A DNA stretch of 64,000 bases from a virus. Taxonomy: Duplodnaviria > Heunggongvirae > Uroviricota > Caudoviricetes. The translations under genes and the position numbers were made by a program. The notes under the pieces were generated by a model. The model was not told where the DNA came from. It ran no database searches and saw only the letters and a program-made list of their open reading frames with translations. The stretch is taken from the IMG/VR virus record IMGVR_UViG_3300034105_001678, positions 5,543 through 69,542 of that record. The stretch is one strand, 5' to 3'. Positions within the stretch are counted from its first letter, which is position 1. Each line of letters opens with the position of its first letter. This document shows, in pieces, positions 44,266-53,874 of the stretch.

Positions 44266-45234
44266 TTAATATACTATTTTTTCTTGAGATTTCAAAATAT
44301 CATCAACAATTTGTATCCTTTGACCAATCCATCTCATTACATTTACTGTCATTGAGTTACCAATAATACCTTTAACATTTGAATATGATGGTTTTTTACC
44401 GTCAATTTCAAAGTCAAGATAATCATCAGGGAACCCCTGAAGTCTAAGTAATTCTTTCTCGGTAAATTCTCGGATACCTCCCTCATCAACCCAATAGTTT
44501 GATGTTGAATCCTTACCAAACCCATCGGTTAATGTTTGAGAATATGATTTAGTTATCGTACCTGCGATTCTAATTTGTCCGAGAAGACTTTTGGTACGGT
44601 CATCCCTCTCTTTAAGAGTCTCTTTTTTAAATTTCTTAAAACATCCTTCGTCAAATAATATTGCCGCAGGGACTCTCCAGTCGGTTCCACGATATCCAAC
44701 AATGTAGACTCTTTTGCGTCGTTGGGGTACTCCAAAATATTGGGAGTCGAAAACCCTATAAGCGATTGACCGTTTGGTACCTTGAACAATACCTCCCCCT
44801 CTGTTGATGTTGTCCGGTCTAAAATCGACACCTGTGAAAGAGGAGATGATGTCACACAACCCTTCTTTGTGTTCTTTATCAAAAACACCGTCGACGTTTT
44901 CCCATACGTTGTACTTGGGAGATTTTGACTCAAGAATTCCTCCATATTTAATGGCGAGTTGAGCACGTAAGTCATCCATTCCTTTTCTGAGTCCTGAATT
45001 TGACCAAGCTTGGCACGGTGTGCCTCCGACGAACACGTCGAAATCTGTTTTTTTGAATTTTTCATCGTCTAGTAAGTTTAACATATTTGTATAAAAAGGA
45101 ACATCAGGGTAATGATGTTTAAGGACTTTCTGTGGGAAACTTGCAAAGTCACATAGACCCGCACATTCCCAACCAAGTGGCTCCCAAGCGACAGTCGCCG
45201 CCTCCATACCACTACATACTGAAAAATACTTCAT
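44266..45234 (-). CDS. DNA (cytosine-5)-methyltransferase
   Basis: Motif I FSVCSGMEAA, motif IV GGTPCQAWSNSG, motif VI VWENVDGV. C-terminal target recognition domain. Confidence 0.8.
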   Translation of the reverse strand: MKYFSVCSGMEAATVAWEPLGWECAGLCDFASFPQKVLKHHYPDVPFYTNMLNLLDDEKFKKTDFDVFVGGTPCQAWSNSGLRKGMDDLRAQLAIKYGGILESKSPKYNVWENVDGVFDKEHKEGLCDIISSFTGVDFRPDNINRGGGIVQGTKRSIAYRVFDSQYFGVPQRRKRVYIVGYRGTDWRVPAAILFDEGCFKKFKKETLKERDDRTKSLLGQIRIAGTITKSYSQTLTDGFGKDSTSNYWVDEGGIREFTEKELLRLQGFPDDYLDFEIDGKKPSYSNVKGIIGNSMTVNVMRWIGQRIQIVDDILKSQEKIVY

Positions 45235-45337
45235 ACGTTTGTAAGTTTAAATTGTTTCGATACAAATGTAATAATAATTTCGGAAATACGAAAAAAAATT
45301 AAAATATTTTTCGGAATATGATATAACTAATTGATTA

Positions 45338-46732
45338 TTAGTTACTTAAAAAGTCATATTTTTCTTTTTTCCACTCTATATGTGGGTGTGATTTAAATCT
45401 ATTAGTTAAGGTTTCAACTGCAGAATCAAATATATCAATTACTGGTGTGTTCGCCTTACCATATTGTTGAACTAGATTACCTTTTCTATATTGTAAGTTG
45501 ATTCTTTTTCTTTTGTAAGTTAATGCAACATAAACATAAAGATTACCATTGGTAAATTGTTTACTCATACAATTCTTCATAGTATATCCCTCCAACCTAA
45601 AATCTTCTTCCGTTAATAAAATCTTTGGTTTGTATACCTCACCATCAATATCAATCTCTGTTTCAATAATATTAACAAAGTCCTCTGGGAATTCATATCT
45701 TAATTTATATCCACGAGCAAGGTGTAATTTAATTCCAGACCAGGACTCCAACATATTTTCAAACTCGTGATCGTCTTTTGCTTTGAACTTTAATTCTATA
45801 TCTCTCTCCTCTAATAATTCCCTGATTGAAAATAACTTATTAAGATTGTATATTAAAGAATCAGATCTCAATGTTTCTTTCTCCCAACCATTAATAAGTC
45901 TAACCATTGATTTCTTTTCCACATCATTCTTTAGTTGATGTATTTTTTTGTTTGGTGGTAAATCATAGCAATGTTGTTCCCAAACAAATTGTTTCAAATA
46001 TTCTAGATAGTTGTCACCAAATAATTTACAAATATAATTTAATGAACTAATGTGAATTGGTTTATCACACTTTGTATTTAATTGACTAACTAGATACTTT
46101 GATTTAATTCCATATGAATCAAGGACTGACGGTAGGAACTTATTATCGTTCTTAACTAACCACTTCTTCTTTGGGTATTCATACTTAATGTCTTCATACA
46201 CTCCGTCGTGTGATTTAATATCTTTAACATCTAAATGATAATCAACTAACATATCATAAAGTGGATTAACAACACTTTTATGTTCGTAGTTTTTAGATTT
46301 AATGAAATCACTTTTAAAATTAGGTTCTATTTTCCTATAAATGATATCGTTGATTGATTCAATTGCTCTATCATACTTGACACCCCAAAATTTTAATCTC
46401 TTCTCACCTCTATAATAACCATTCTCACTTAACTCGGAAAGTAATTTAAATGAATTCTTTTTAGTAAGGTATGAAGACTTGAATTGTTTCTCATCTGTTA
46501 AGTTATTATTGTTAAGTCTATAACCAACAACGATATCTCCAGTTGTAATGTTTAAATTAAATGTATGAGTAAATGTGATTTGTTTTTTGGTTCCCCACCT
46601 TTGATAATCAAAATCAAACGTGCCAACAAATTCAATGTTGTTATCGTCAGAATACAATTTCAAATCACATAGTGAAACTGATCCACTTTTACTATCTACC
46701 TTTTTCTGATTGTGTATTAATAATAAATCCAT
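45338..46732 (-). CDS. large hypothetical protein, paralog of 46771..48663
   Basis: Shared segments with its neighbour: LPSVLDSYGIKSKYLVSQL versus LVASVLDMLGIKTKATIKIL, and NCMSKQ versus HHCVATY near the C-terminus. Confidence 0.5.
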   Translation of the reverse strand: MDLLLIHNQKKVDSKSGSVSLCDLKLYSDDNNIEFVGTFDFDYQRWGTKKQITFTHTFNLNITTGDIVVGYRLNNNNLTDEKQFKSSYLTKKNSFKLLSELSENGYYRGEKRLKFWGVKYDRAIESINDIIYRKIEPNFKSDFIKSKNYEHKSVVNPLYDMLVDYHLDVKDIKSHDGVYEDIKYEYPKKKWLVKNDNKFLPSVLDSYGIKSKYLVSQLNTKCDKPIHISSLNYICKLFGDNYLEYLKQFVWEQHCYDLPPNKKIHQLKNDVEKKSMVRLINGWEKETLRSDSLIYNLNKLFSIRELLEERDIELKFKAKDDHEFENMLESWSGIKLHLARGYKLRYEFPEDFVNIIETEIDIDGEVYKPKILLTEEDFRLEGYTMKNCMSKQFTNGNLYVYVALTYKRKRINLQYRKGNLVQQYGKANTPVIDIFDSAVETLTNRFKSHPHIEWKKEKYDFLSN

Positions 46733-46770
46733 CTACATAAAATATAGATGGATTTATTTAGTTTGTGTAG

Positions 46771-48663
46771 TTAAAACTCTTCGAAGGGTAGTCTGATACC
46801 GTTGAATATATCTGTAACCCTTACTGGTAGTAACTCTTGGGTGATTTCAATACCGTTTATTTTAACTGGAACTTTCTTCTTTTCTTTCCAATTAAGGGTT
46901 CCCCATCTTGAACATTGTTCTATTTTTTGAGATAACAGTAAAAGACCGTCTTCAAATGTTGATGGTGGTGAGGCGTTACAGAACGACCTTTGTTGAATAC
47001 ATTTACCTGATTGGATATCAAATTCACACGTTACCCTATCCATACCACTTTGATTTCTTAACGATATTATTATGGATTTATCTTTATCAGAATAGGTTGC
47101 AACACAGTGATGCATAAACGCACCTTCTTCAATATAATCTTCTTCCCTTCTAAGAACGTAAGGGTATAGTGTGTGTAATGATTCGTCATTTTCCAAACAC
47201 TCTAAAGGTTTTTGTAAATCTTCTAAAACTTTATCTTCGTATTGATATTCAATGACCCAACCTTTTTTGATTGCTCCCATCATTTTGGTTAACTCTCTAT
47301 GTTCGACGTGAAATTCGTCCATAGTTCTAGACTTCAAATAAATTGATGGGTCATATTCTCTCACCCTATCAATCATTCTTATGTGGTCATCAACCAACTG
47401 AATAAATCTTTCCGAAAGAGCACTATTAGAATCCATATAATTAAACGAGTTAACTATCTTTATAAGGTTTTCTTTTTCAATATCCTTTAAACCATATACC
47501 TTATTCATTTCCCTTAACATCACCGCTTTGGTTCCAACATCATTATAATCTCTAATTCCAAATTTACGAGTCGACTTTTCAAATATCATTGGGTTTACAT
47601 TTCCAATGTACTTTGCATAATCACTATCAAAGTAATGAATGAACTTACATAAACCATAAATGTCAATGTTAGGATATTCGTGTAAAATTTTAATAGTTGC
47701 TTTAGTTTTAATACCTAACATATCCAAAACGGATGCCACTAATTTCCTATCATTCTTTTTTAAGAACTTCTCTGTGGGATATAACTTAGTTAGGAGGTAA
47801 TCATAATGACTGTTTGGTACTTTAATCTTTTTATTTTTAATGAATGCAGTCATTACATCATTAATGAAACTTTCTTGATTTGATGAGTATGAAATGCAAC
47901 CTAAATCAAGACCTAAAGATTCCTGGATTTTTCTTGTAAATAAAGTATCATCAAAACTATTTTGATAGTCGTTATATAATCTTGAGTAATCACCTATCCC
48001 CTTTGTTTTAATTGTGAGGAATGATGTGTTCTGAATTAAATTATGTAACGATTGGAAACTATTTGTTCTGAATACTTGTGAATTTTGTTTACCTCTAACA
48101 GTTTTAGTTAGGGTTGTAAAATTACCAGTAACCAAATTAAAAGTTAAAGACTGAACAATATAACTTTTTTTAAAGTAAATACAATTATAACTTCTGTGTT
48201 TATCTTGTCTATAAAGTTTAATTGTAATCTTATCTCCGTGTCTTCTGATTGACCTCTCAATTATGGTAACATTAATTTCAGAAAGTGGTCTACCGTAATG
48301 ACTTTTAATTTGTCTATCCTTTGTTGTTTCAAAGGAACAATTACCTAACTTATTTTTCTTAACGTAGTAAGTTAAACGAAAGGTTTCTTGTACTGGTTCA
48401 GTTGTTGCAGCGTAAAACACCTTCTTCTTTTTCTTCTCAGGTAAGGAGACTATTTTACCTATGGGTTTTAAGACGTTAACTAAACGTTCAAGTTTTTTAT
48501 TTGGGGCATCCCAATCAATTTCTAAACTATCTAAATCATCAATTAATGACTTGGATAATTCCCTTTTCTCATCTAATCTACAATAATCTTTAAATGGGGT
48601 TATCGTTGCGTATTGAAATTTTTCTCTTAAAATGTCTTCCATATCGTTAAGTTTAGGGTACAA
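46771..48663 (-). CDS. large hypothetical protein (630 aa), paralog of 45338..46732
   Basis: See above. No recognised catalytic motifs. Confidence 0.5.
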   Translation of the reverse strand: MYPKLNDMEDILREKFQYATITPFKDYCRLDEKRELSKSLIDDLDSLEIDWDAPNKKLERLVNVLKPIGKIVSLPEKKKKKVFYAATTEPVQETFRLTYYVKKNKLGNCSFETTKDRQIKSHYGRPLSEINVTIIERSIRRHGDKITIKLYRQDKHRSYNCIYFKKSYIVQSLTFNLVTGNFTTLTKTVRGKQNSQVFRTNSFQSLHNLIQNTSFLTIKTKGIGDYSRLYNDYQNSFDDTLFTRKIQESLGLDLGCISYSSNQESFINDVMTAFIKNKKIKVPNSHYDYLLTKLYPTEKFLKKNDRKLVASVLDMLGIKTKATIKILHEYPNIDIYGLCKFIHYFDSDYAKYIGNVNPMIFEKSTRKFGIRDYNDVGTKAVMLREMNKVYGLKDIEKENLIKIVNSFNYMDSNSALSERFIQLVDDHIRMIDRVREYDPSIYLKSRTMDEFHVEHRELTKMMGAIKKGWVIEYQYEDKVLEDLQKPLECLENDESLHTLYPYVLRREEDYIEEGAFMHHCVATYSDKDKSIIISLRNQSGMDRVTCEFDIQSGKCIQQRSFCNASPPSTFEDGLLLLSQKIEQCSRWGTLNWKEKKKVPVKINGIEITQELLPVRVTDIFNGIRLPFEEF

Positions 48664-48712
48664 ATATAGTAAAAAAAGTTAGGATATACGTATTTATATA
48701 AAAAAATATATT

Positions 48713-48841
48713 ATGGCGAAAGCAAAAGGTTCATCCACATCTCAAAAGGTTTCTTTTGGAAAAAAAGGTAAAGGTAAATATAAGAAAAATTTTGGTCCAA
48801 AAGCCCAAAAACCAAAGAGATACAGAGGTCAAGGTCGTTAA
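48713..48841 (+). CDS. putative 42-aa highly basic peptide (not in the ORF track)
   Basis: MAKAKGSSTSQKVSFGKKGKGKYKKNFGPKAQKPKRYRGQGR. Sits on the plus strand between minus-strand genes, preceded by an AT-rich region. Confidence 0.25.
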   Translation: MAKAKGSSTSQKVSFGKKGKGKYKKNFGPKAQKPKRYRGQGR

Positions 48842-49317
48842 TTTAAACGACCCCCTCCTTTGTACGATTTAATGTATCTTGGCTCATCAATACTACTGAG
48901 CTTGACATTCTCGTATCTGTTGGCTGCGTGGACAAAAATCCTATTACCTAAGTAAACCCCACAGTGCCAACCACTTGGACTTTGAGTACTTCTAAAATAG
49001 ATAAGATCTCCCATTTGTAGACTATCTTTAGTAACCCTAGTTATTTGATACCATTGTTGGTAACAAACATCCTTTAAATCAAGACCATACACATCTTTAT
49101 ACAATCTTTTATTGAATTGTGAACAATCAATACCCTTTTTAGTACTACCCCCTAATTTATATTTAACACCTAACCAATTATTAATGAAATTACCTAAAGG
49201 TGGGTTATTTATTTGTAACCATTCTACATAATCTGCAAATTGATTTCGTTGTACTGTCTGTGCCACCAACCCCCTAGAGATTAGCATTAGCGTTGTAATT
49301 AAAATAATTTTTCTCAT
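48838..49317 (-). CDS. NlpC/P60 family cell-wall peptidase with signal peptide
   Basis: Catalytic Cys in GIDCSQF. Catalytic His in GWHCGVYLGNRIFVHA. Confidence 0.7.
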   Translation of the reverse strand: MRKIILITTLMLISRGLVAQTVQRNQFADYVEWLQINNPPLGNFINNWLGVKYKLGGSTKKGIDCSQFNKRLYKDVYGLDLKDVCYQQWYQITRVTKDSLQMGDLIYFRSTQSPSGWHCGVYLGNRIFVHAANRYENVKLSSIDEPRYIKSYKGGGRLN

Positions 49318-49622
49318 AATAACGATAATAAAATATACGATAGTTTATATCCCACAAACGCTCCCAATGCGGATGGGATTGGAAAGACTATCAACTTTCC
49401 AAAGTCTGTAACATATTTGGGTCGATTAACAATCCTACCCATAAAAAAATAATAACAAAGATAACATAAAAATACTGCAATGTCTGTACGTGTGGCAATA
49501 AACACTACTAATGTTGCACCCAAGAATCCAAATACAAAGTTATCTCTTACACCTTCCCAAACTTCTTTATTTGTGGCTTCTTTCCATTCTTTAATTATTT
49601 TCTTAGTTCTATTTTTTACCAT
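49314..49622 (-). CDS. small membrane protein (3 TM; holin/spanin candidate)
   Basis: Hydropathy. Overlaps the NlpC/P60 gene. Confidence 0.4.
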   Translation of the reverse strand: MVKNRTKKIIKEWKEATNKEVWEGVRDNFVFGFLGATLVVFIATRTDIAVFLCYLCYYFFMGRIVNRPKYVTDFGKLIVFPIPSALGAFVGYKLSYILLSLL

Positions 49623-49737
49623 CGGACCTCCCTAACTCTTGTTGTAATTGTTGTATTCTTAGTTTATCCCTTTGGGTTGAATCTTTCTTTGATTTTAATT
49701 CTAAAATCTCTTTAACGATTTCTTCTTTACTCATAAT

Positions 49738-50859
49738 TTAATTACTTAATGGTGCTTTTATTGACGGGTGATATTGGTAATTTTCTAATATTACATCTTT
49801 TTCTCCGAATGAAAATATACCATCCATAATGTGTACAGTTGGTAAATTAAATGGTTCTCTGTTTATTTGTTCTTTAGCTTGTTCAATATGGTTCTTATAT
49901 AAATGAACATCACCTAAATTACCTATTAATTCATCTGGTACCATACTCATTTCATCCGCAATCATCATTAATAATAAACCATATGACGCAATGTTAAATG
50001 GTAAACCTAAAAATGTATCAACAGATCTTTGATTCCACATTAAGGATATTGCTCGTTTAGGTATATTGTGTGATTGTAACTCTTCACTCAATCCCCCACC
50101 AAATGGAACTATATCATCAACCATTGATTTAAACCTTTCCTCACCAACTTTCTTCTTTAATAAGTCCCACATCTCTTCCCCAGTTAACTTTCTAGTGTAG
50201 ACTTGAAAACCATAATGACAAGGCGGTAAAACCATTTGGTCTAACTCACCCACGTTCCAAGCACTTACCATCAATCTTCTACTATCTGGATTTGTTTTAA
50301 GTTCATCAATTAGATTTTGAATTTGGTCTAAATAAATTGGGTCACCGTTATCGGATATGTCTTGTAATCCACCCCATTTTCTCCATTGTTTACCATAAAT
50401 TGGTCCGAGTTCTCCCCATTCCTTAGCAAACTCATCATCAATTTTGATAAGATTAATAAATTCTTCTTGAGTTAATGGTGTTAACATATCCGAATTACTG
50501 AACAGTATTTCAATGTGTGGTTGGATACCCATAATATCTCCACATTTATATCCATCAATAATCTCATTAATCTTTTTAGAATAGTTTTTATAAGCATCAC
50601 CATTCCAAATGCTACATCCATTCATCACTAGATACTTGATGTTAGTACTACCACTTAAAAACCAAATCAACTCGGTTACCATAGTTTTCCAAGCCATTTT
50701 CTTAGTTGTTAATAATGGAAACCCCTGAGCCATTCTATGACGTATTTGTCTACCAAAAACTGAAATGGTTCCAGTTCCAGTTCTATCCGTTTTAACAACT
50801 CCATTATCCAAAATATCTTGTAGTAAATCTTGATACTTCTTATCAATCGTATTCATCAT
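49738..50859 (-). CDS. thyA: thymidylate synthase (ThyA) with two insertions
   Basis: DRTGTGT, GFPLLTTKK, SAWNVGELDQMVLPPCHYGFQVY, LGLPFNIASY. About 100 aa longer than E. coli ThyA. Start trimmed to MMNTIDKK. Confidence 0.85.
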   Translation of the reverse strand: MMNTIDKKYQDLLQDILDNGVVKTDRTGTGTISVFGRQIRHRMAQGFPLLTTKKMAWKTMVTELIWFLSGSTNIKYLVMNGCSIWNGDAYKNYSKKINEIIDGYKCGDIMGIQPHIEILFSNSDMLTPLTQEEFINLIKIDDEFAKEWGELGPIYGKQWRKWGGLQDISDNGDPIYLDQIQNLIDELKTNPDSRRLMVSAWNVGELDQMVLPPCHYGFQVYTRKLTGEEMWDLLKKKVGEERFKSMVDDIVPFGGGLSEELQSHNIPKRAISLMWNQRSVDTFLGLPFNIASYGLLLMMIADEMSMVPDELIGNLGDVHLYKNHIEQAKEQINREPFNLPTVHIMDGIFSFGEKDVILENYQYHPSIKAPLSN

Positions 50860-51065
50860 ATTAATTTTTTTCTTCTTCAATTTCATATCCTTCTTGGATT
50901 TGTACTCCCATCATATAGGTTAACCACCTGATTGTTAACCCCCAACAAGGTGACGTTATACCCGTTTCAAGGAACTCCGTTTTGTTATAAAAAAAAACTA
51001 CCGTTGGTATTATGAACCAATGGTGCCTTTTATTATAAATAAAAAAGTCTTTGTAGTAAATTTTT

Positions 51066-51353
51066 TTACTCTTCATAGTCTCCAGTTGTTTTTCTTAATA
51101 ATCTATCAACCTCATCTTCCTTTTCTCTCATCTCAATCACTCTGATGTAGTATGTATCAGGTGAGTTTGTTTCGGTTTTCATATTCTTATCAAACCACTT
51201 ACTAAACCATTTACCTTTGTACGCTAGAACTTGACATCTGTCAGCAAATTCATTAGCGTCATCTTGGTCTAGTAGACCCTCGTCAACAAGTTTTGCAAGT
51301 ACAATGTCTTTTACCTTGTTGTAATTTTCCATTTCTGAAGTTAAATCAATCAT
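51066..51353 (-). CDS. hypothetical protein
   Basis: ORF. Confidence 0.4.
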   Translation of the reverse strand: MIDLTSEMENYNKVKDIVLAKLVDEGLLDQDDANEFADRCQVLAYKGKWFSKWFDKNMKTETNSPDTYYIRVIEMREKEDEVDRLLRKTTGDYEE

Positions 51354-51558
51354 TTTCTTTTAATTTACTTAAACATTTATACAATATATGTGACTCTTCT
51401 AAAGTATATAATCCGCTTTGTTGACCGTAAGATATGGAGGCCTCTATTATTTGAATGGTGTCCTCTTTACTGATATTATCAATAAATGAATCGAATTCCT
51501 TTTTGCTCTTGAATTCTATTAATCCTCCGAATATATTTTCCATAATTAAAGTATACAA
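51346..51558 (-). CDS. hypothetical protein
   Basis: ORF. Confidence 0.4.
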   Translation of the reverse strand: MYTLIMENIFGGLIEFKSKKEFDSFIDNISKEDTIQIIEASISYGQQSGLYTLEESHILYKCLSKLKEND

Positions 51559-51590
51559 AATTTAAATCAAAATTCCAAATAATTATAGAT

Positions 51591-51956
51591 ATGAATGTTA
51601 CAATAGGTGGTAAAATGTTCCCTGGTGAGTACTTAACAAGCCCAGAAGATATCCAAAAGGGTATGATGGGTCGAGACTCTCTTGAGGGTTGTATGGTCTT
51701 TAAAATGGGTAAAGGTCACCATTCATTTTGGATGAAGAACTGTTTAATCCCATTGGATATTGTTTTTGTTCTAAACAACAGAGTAAGTGGTATTCATCAC
51801 AATTGTCCCGCTCCGGATAGACATCGTATGAACCCACCAAAATATACAGGTCTTGGTGATCACGTTGTTGAGTTCCCAGGTGGAACCTGTAAAGATTTTA
51901 AGGTAGGAGATAAGGTCAACCTTTACCTTGGAACACCTCAGAATCCCATTAGATAA
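51591..51956 (+). CDS. DUF192 (COG1430) family protein
   Basis: KGMMGRDSLEGCMVF...FWMKNCLIPLDIVFV matches the DUF192 signature (RGLM...GMLF...FWMKNT.IPLDIIF). Confidence 0.55.
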   Translation: MNVTIGGKMFPGEYLTSPEDIQKGMMGRDSLEGCMVFKMGKGHHSFWMKNCLIPLDIVFVLNNRVSGIHHNCPAPDRHRMNPPKYTGLGDHVVEFPGGTCKDFKVGDKVNLYLGTPQNPIR

Positions 51957-52063
51957 AATTATACCTCTTTCCATTGATTTTTTAAATTATTTTTGTTAAC
52001 TTTTATAAAATATAAGTAATCAATAACAATAAAACAAACTATTTATAATTAAACATTAATACT

Positions 52064-52243
52064 ATGGGCTGCGGATGTAAAAAAAGAGCTGACGAACAAC
52101 CTGTTCAAGAACAGACTCAAAACGTAACAATCAAATTAACTGAATCTAATACAGGTTCATCAACTACCATTACCCAAACTCAAGAGGAGTTGGTAGAGAA
52201 AATTGTCGCTAAACTTAACGATTTAGAGGGCAATAACCAATAA
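52064..52243 (+). CDS. 59-aa hypothetical protein (MGCGCKKRADEQ...), possibly N-acylated
   Basis: ORF followed by hairpin atatcggacagggaatatcggattctgtccgatatt. Its MGCGC N-terminus resembles a dual acylation motif, which would be odd in a phage. Confidence 0.3.
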   Translation: MGCGCKKRADEQPVQEQTQNVTIKLTESNTGSSTTITQTQEELVEKIVAKLNDLEGNNQ

Positions 52244-52316
52244 TATATCGGACAGGGAATATCGGATTCTGTCCGATATTTTTTACCTTATCTGTATATA
52301 AAATTTTATATATTAT

Positions 52317-52514
52317 ATGAAAGCGCAAACAAAATTAACGAGTGTGAATATCTTAGATGATGTTTACAAAAAATTCAAAATTAAATCAATCGAAGGTTCA
52401 ATTAACCTTCAAAAATTGGTTAATCGATCATTGGACCTTTACAATAAAGATGAAAAGTTCAGAGACCTAATAAACGATCATAACGGATTAGCCGCTAGCG
52501 GTTCAAAGTTTTAA
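52317..52514 (+). CDS. hypothetical protein
   Basis: ORF. Confidence 0.35.
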   Translation: MKAQTKLTSVNILDDVYKKFKIKSIEGSINLQKLVNRSLDLYNKDEKFRDLINDHNGLAASGSKF

Positions 52515-52518
52515 ATTA

Positions 52519-53874
52519 ATGAAGAAAAAAATATTACTTTTATCTGATGATTTAAGAATGACATCAGGTATTGCTACTATGTCCAAAGAAATCGTATTAG
52601 GTACCGTCCACAAATACGATTGGGTTCAGTTGGGTGCATCGATTAGTCACCCTGAAATTGGGAAGATTGTTGATGTAAATGACGACATAAGAAAACGCAC
52701 CGGAGTTGAAGATGCGAATTTAAAGATTATACCATACAATGGTTATGGGGATATCAATATGATTCGTAGATTGTTAGACGAAGAAAAACCAGATGCCATT
52801 CTTCATTTTACGGACCCACACTATTGGCAATGGTTATACGATAACGAACACGAGATAAGACAGCGTGTACCAATTTTATATTGGCACATTTGGGATGACT
52901 TACCAGATCCACAATACAATAGAGACTTCTATGAAAGTTGTGATTGGGTTGGTGGTATTTCAAAACAAACATACGGTATTATTCATCGTGTTAGTAAAAG
53001 AACCGATAAGGTTACATTTAAACCTTTGGAAGATTGGCAGATAAGTTACGTTCCTCACGGTATTAATCCAGATTTATTTAAACCGTTAGATACTATCAGT
53101 GAAGAAGTAACTAAATTTATTCACGGAGAAAAGAAATATGACTTTGTTCTATTTTACAACAGTAGAAACATTAGAAGGAAACAACCAAGTGACGTAATTT
53201 ATTCATTTAAATTATTCTGTGATAGATTACCAAAAGAAAAGGCTGAAAAATGTTTATTGCTAATGCACACATCTCCGGTTGATGAGAATGGTACAGACTT
53301 ACCTGCAGTTATTAATGACCTTTGTCCTTATGATGTTAGATTCACGGGTATTAAATTAGAACAAGATAAGCTAAATGAATTCTATAACATTGTTGATTGT
53401 ACAATTAACATTGCAAACAATGAAGGATTTGGTTTAACGACGGCAGAATCTTTAATGTCGGGAACACCAATCATTGTAAATGTTACTGGTGGGTTACAGG
53501 ATCAATGTGGATTTGATTTTAGTGCCGATGATTATATTAGTGTCGGTACTTTACATAGTAAGGAAGAAAGAAGTCAAACAGCTCACGGTGAATGGGTTAT
53601 TCCTGTTTGGCCATCGGCAATTAACTTAAATGGTTCAGTACCAACACCATACATTTTTGATGATAGGGTTAATGATATTGAAGTTGCTGATGCTATTATG
53701 AAAATGTATAAGTTTAGTAAAAAGAAGAGAAAAGAAAAAGGATTAAAAGGTAGAGAGTTTATGATTAACAATCTATCAAATAAAATAATGTGTGATAAAC
53801 TGATTGAAGGTATTGATACCACAATGGAAAAATTCACACCAAGAAAAAGATTCGACACATATAAAGTAATATGA
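52519..53874 (+). CDS. glycosyltransferase, GT-B fold (GT1/GT4-like)
   Basis: C-terminal EGFGLTTAESLMSGTPIIVNVTGGLQDQ is a GT4-type donor-binding motif. Confidence 0.65.
   Translation: MKKKILLLSDDLRMTSGIATMSKEIVLGTVHKYDWVQLGASISHPEIGKIVDVNDDIRKRTGVEDANLKIIPYNGYGDINMIRRLLDEEKPDAILHFTDPHYWQWLYDNEHEIRQRVPILYWHIWDDLPDPQYNRDFYESCDWVGGISKQTYGIIHRVSKRTDKVTFKPLEDWQISYVPHGINPDLFKPLDTISEEVTKFIHGEKKYDFVLFYNSRNIRRKQPSDVIYSFKLFCDRLPKEKAEKCLLLMHTSPVDENGTDLPAVINDLCPYDVRFTGIKLEQDKLNEFYNIVDCTINIANNEGFGLTTAESLMSGTPIIVNVTGGLQDQCGFDFSADDYISVGTLHSKEERSQTAHGEWVIPVWPSAINLNGSVPTPYIFDDRVNDIEVADAIMKMYKFSKKKRKEKGLKGREFMINNLSNKIMCDKLIEGIDTTMEKFTPRKRFDTYKVI

Noticed and set aside
50861-51076. The ORF 50861..51076(-) as overlapping thyA by 26 nt.
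   Set aside because: Trimming thyA to the MMNTIDKK start (50859) removes the overlap. The 71-aa ORF itself is hydrophobic and of uncertain reality, and is kept only as low confidence.
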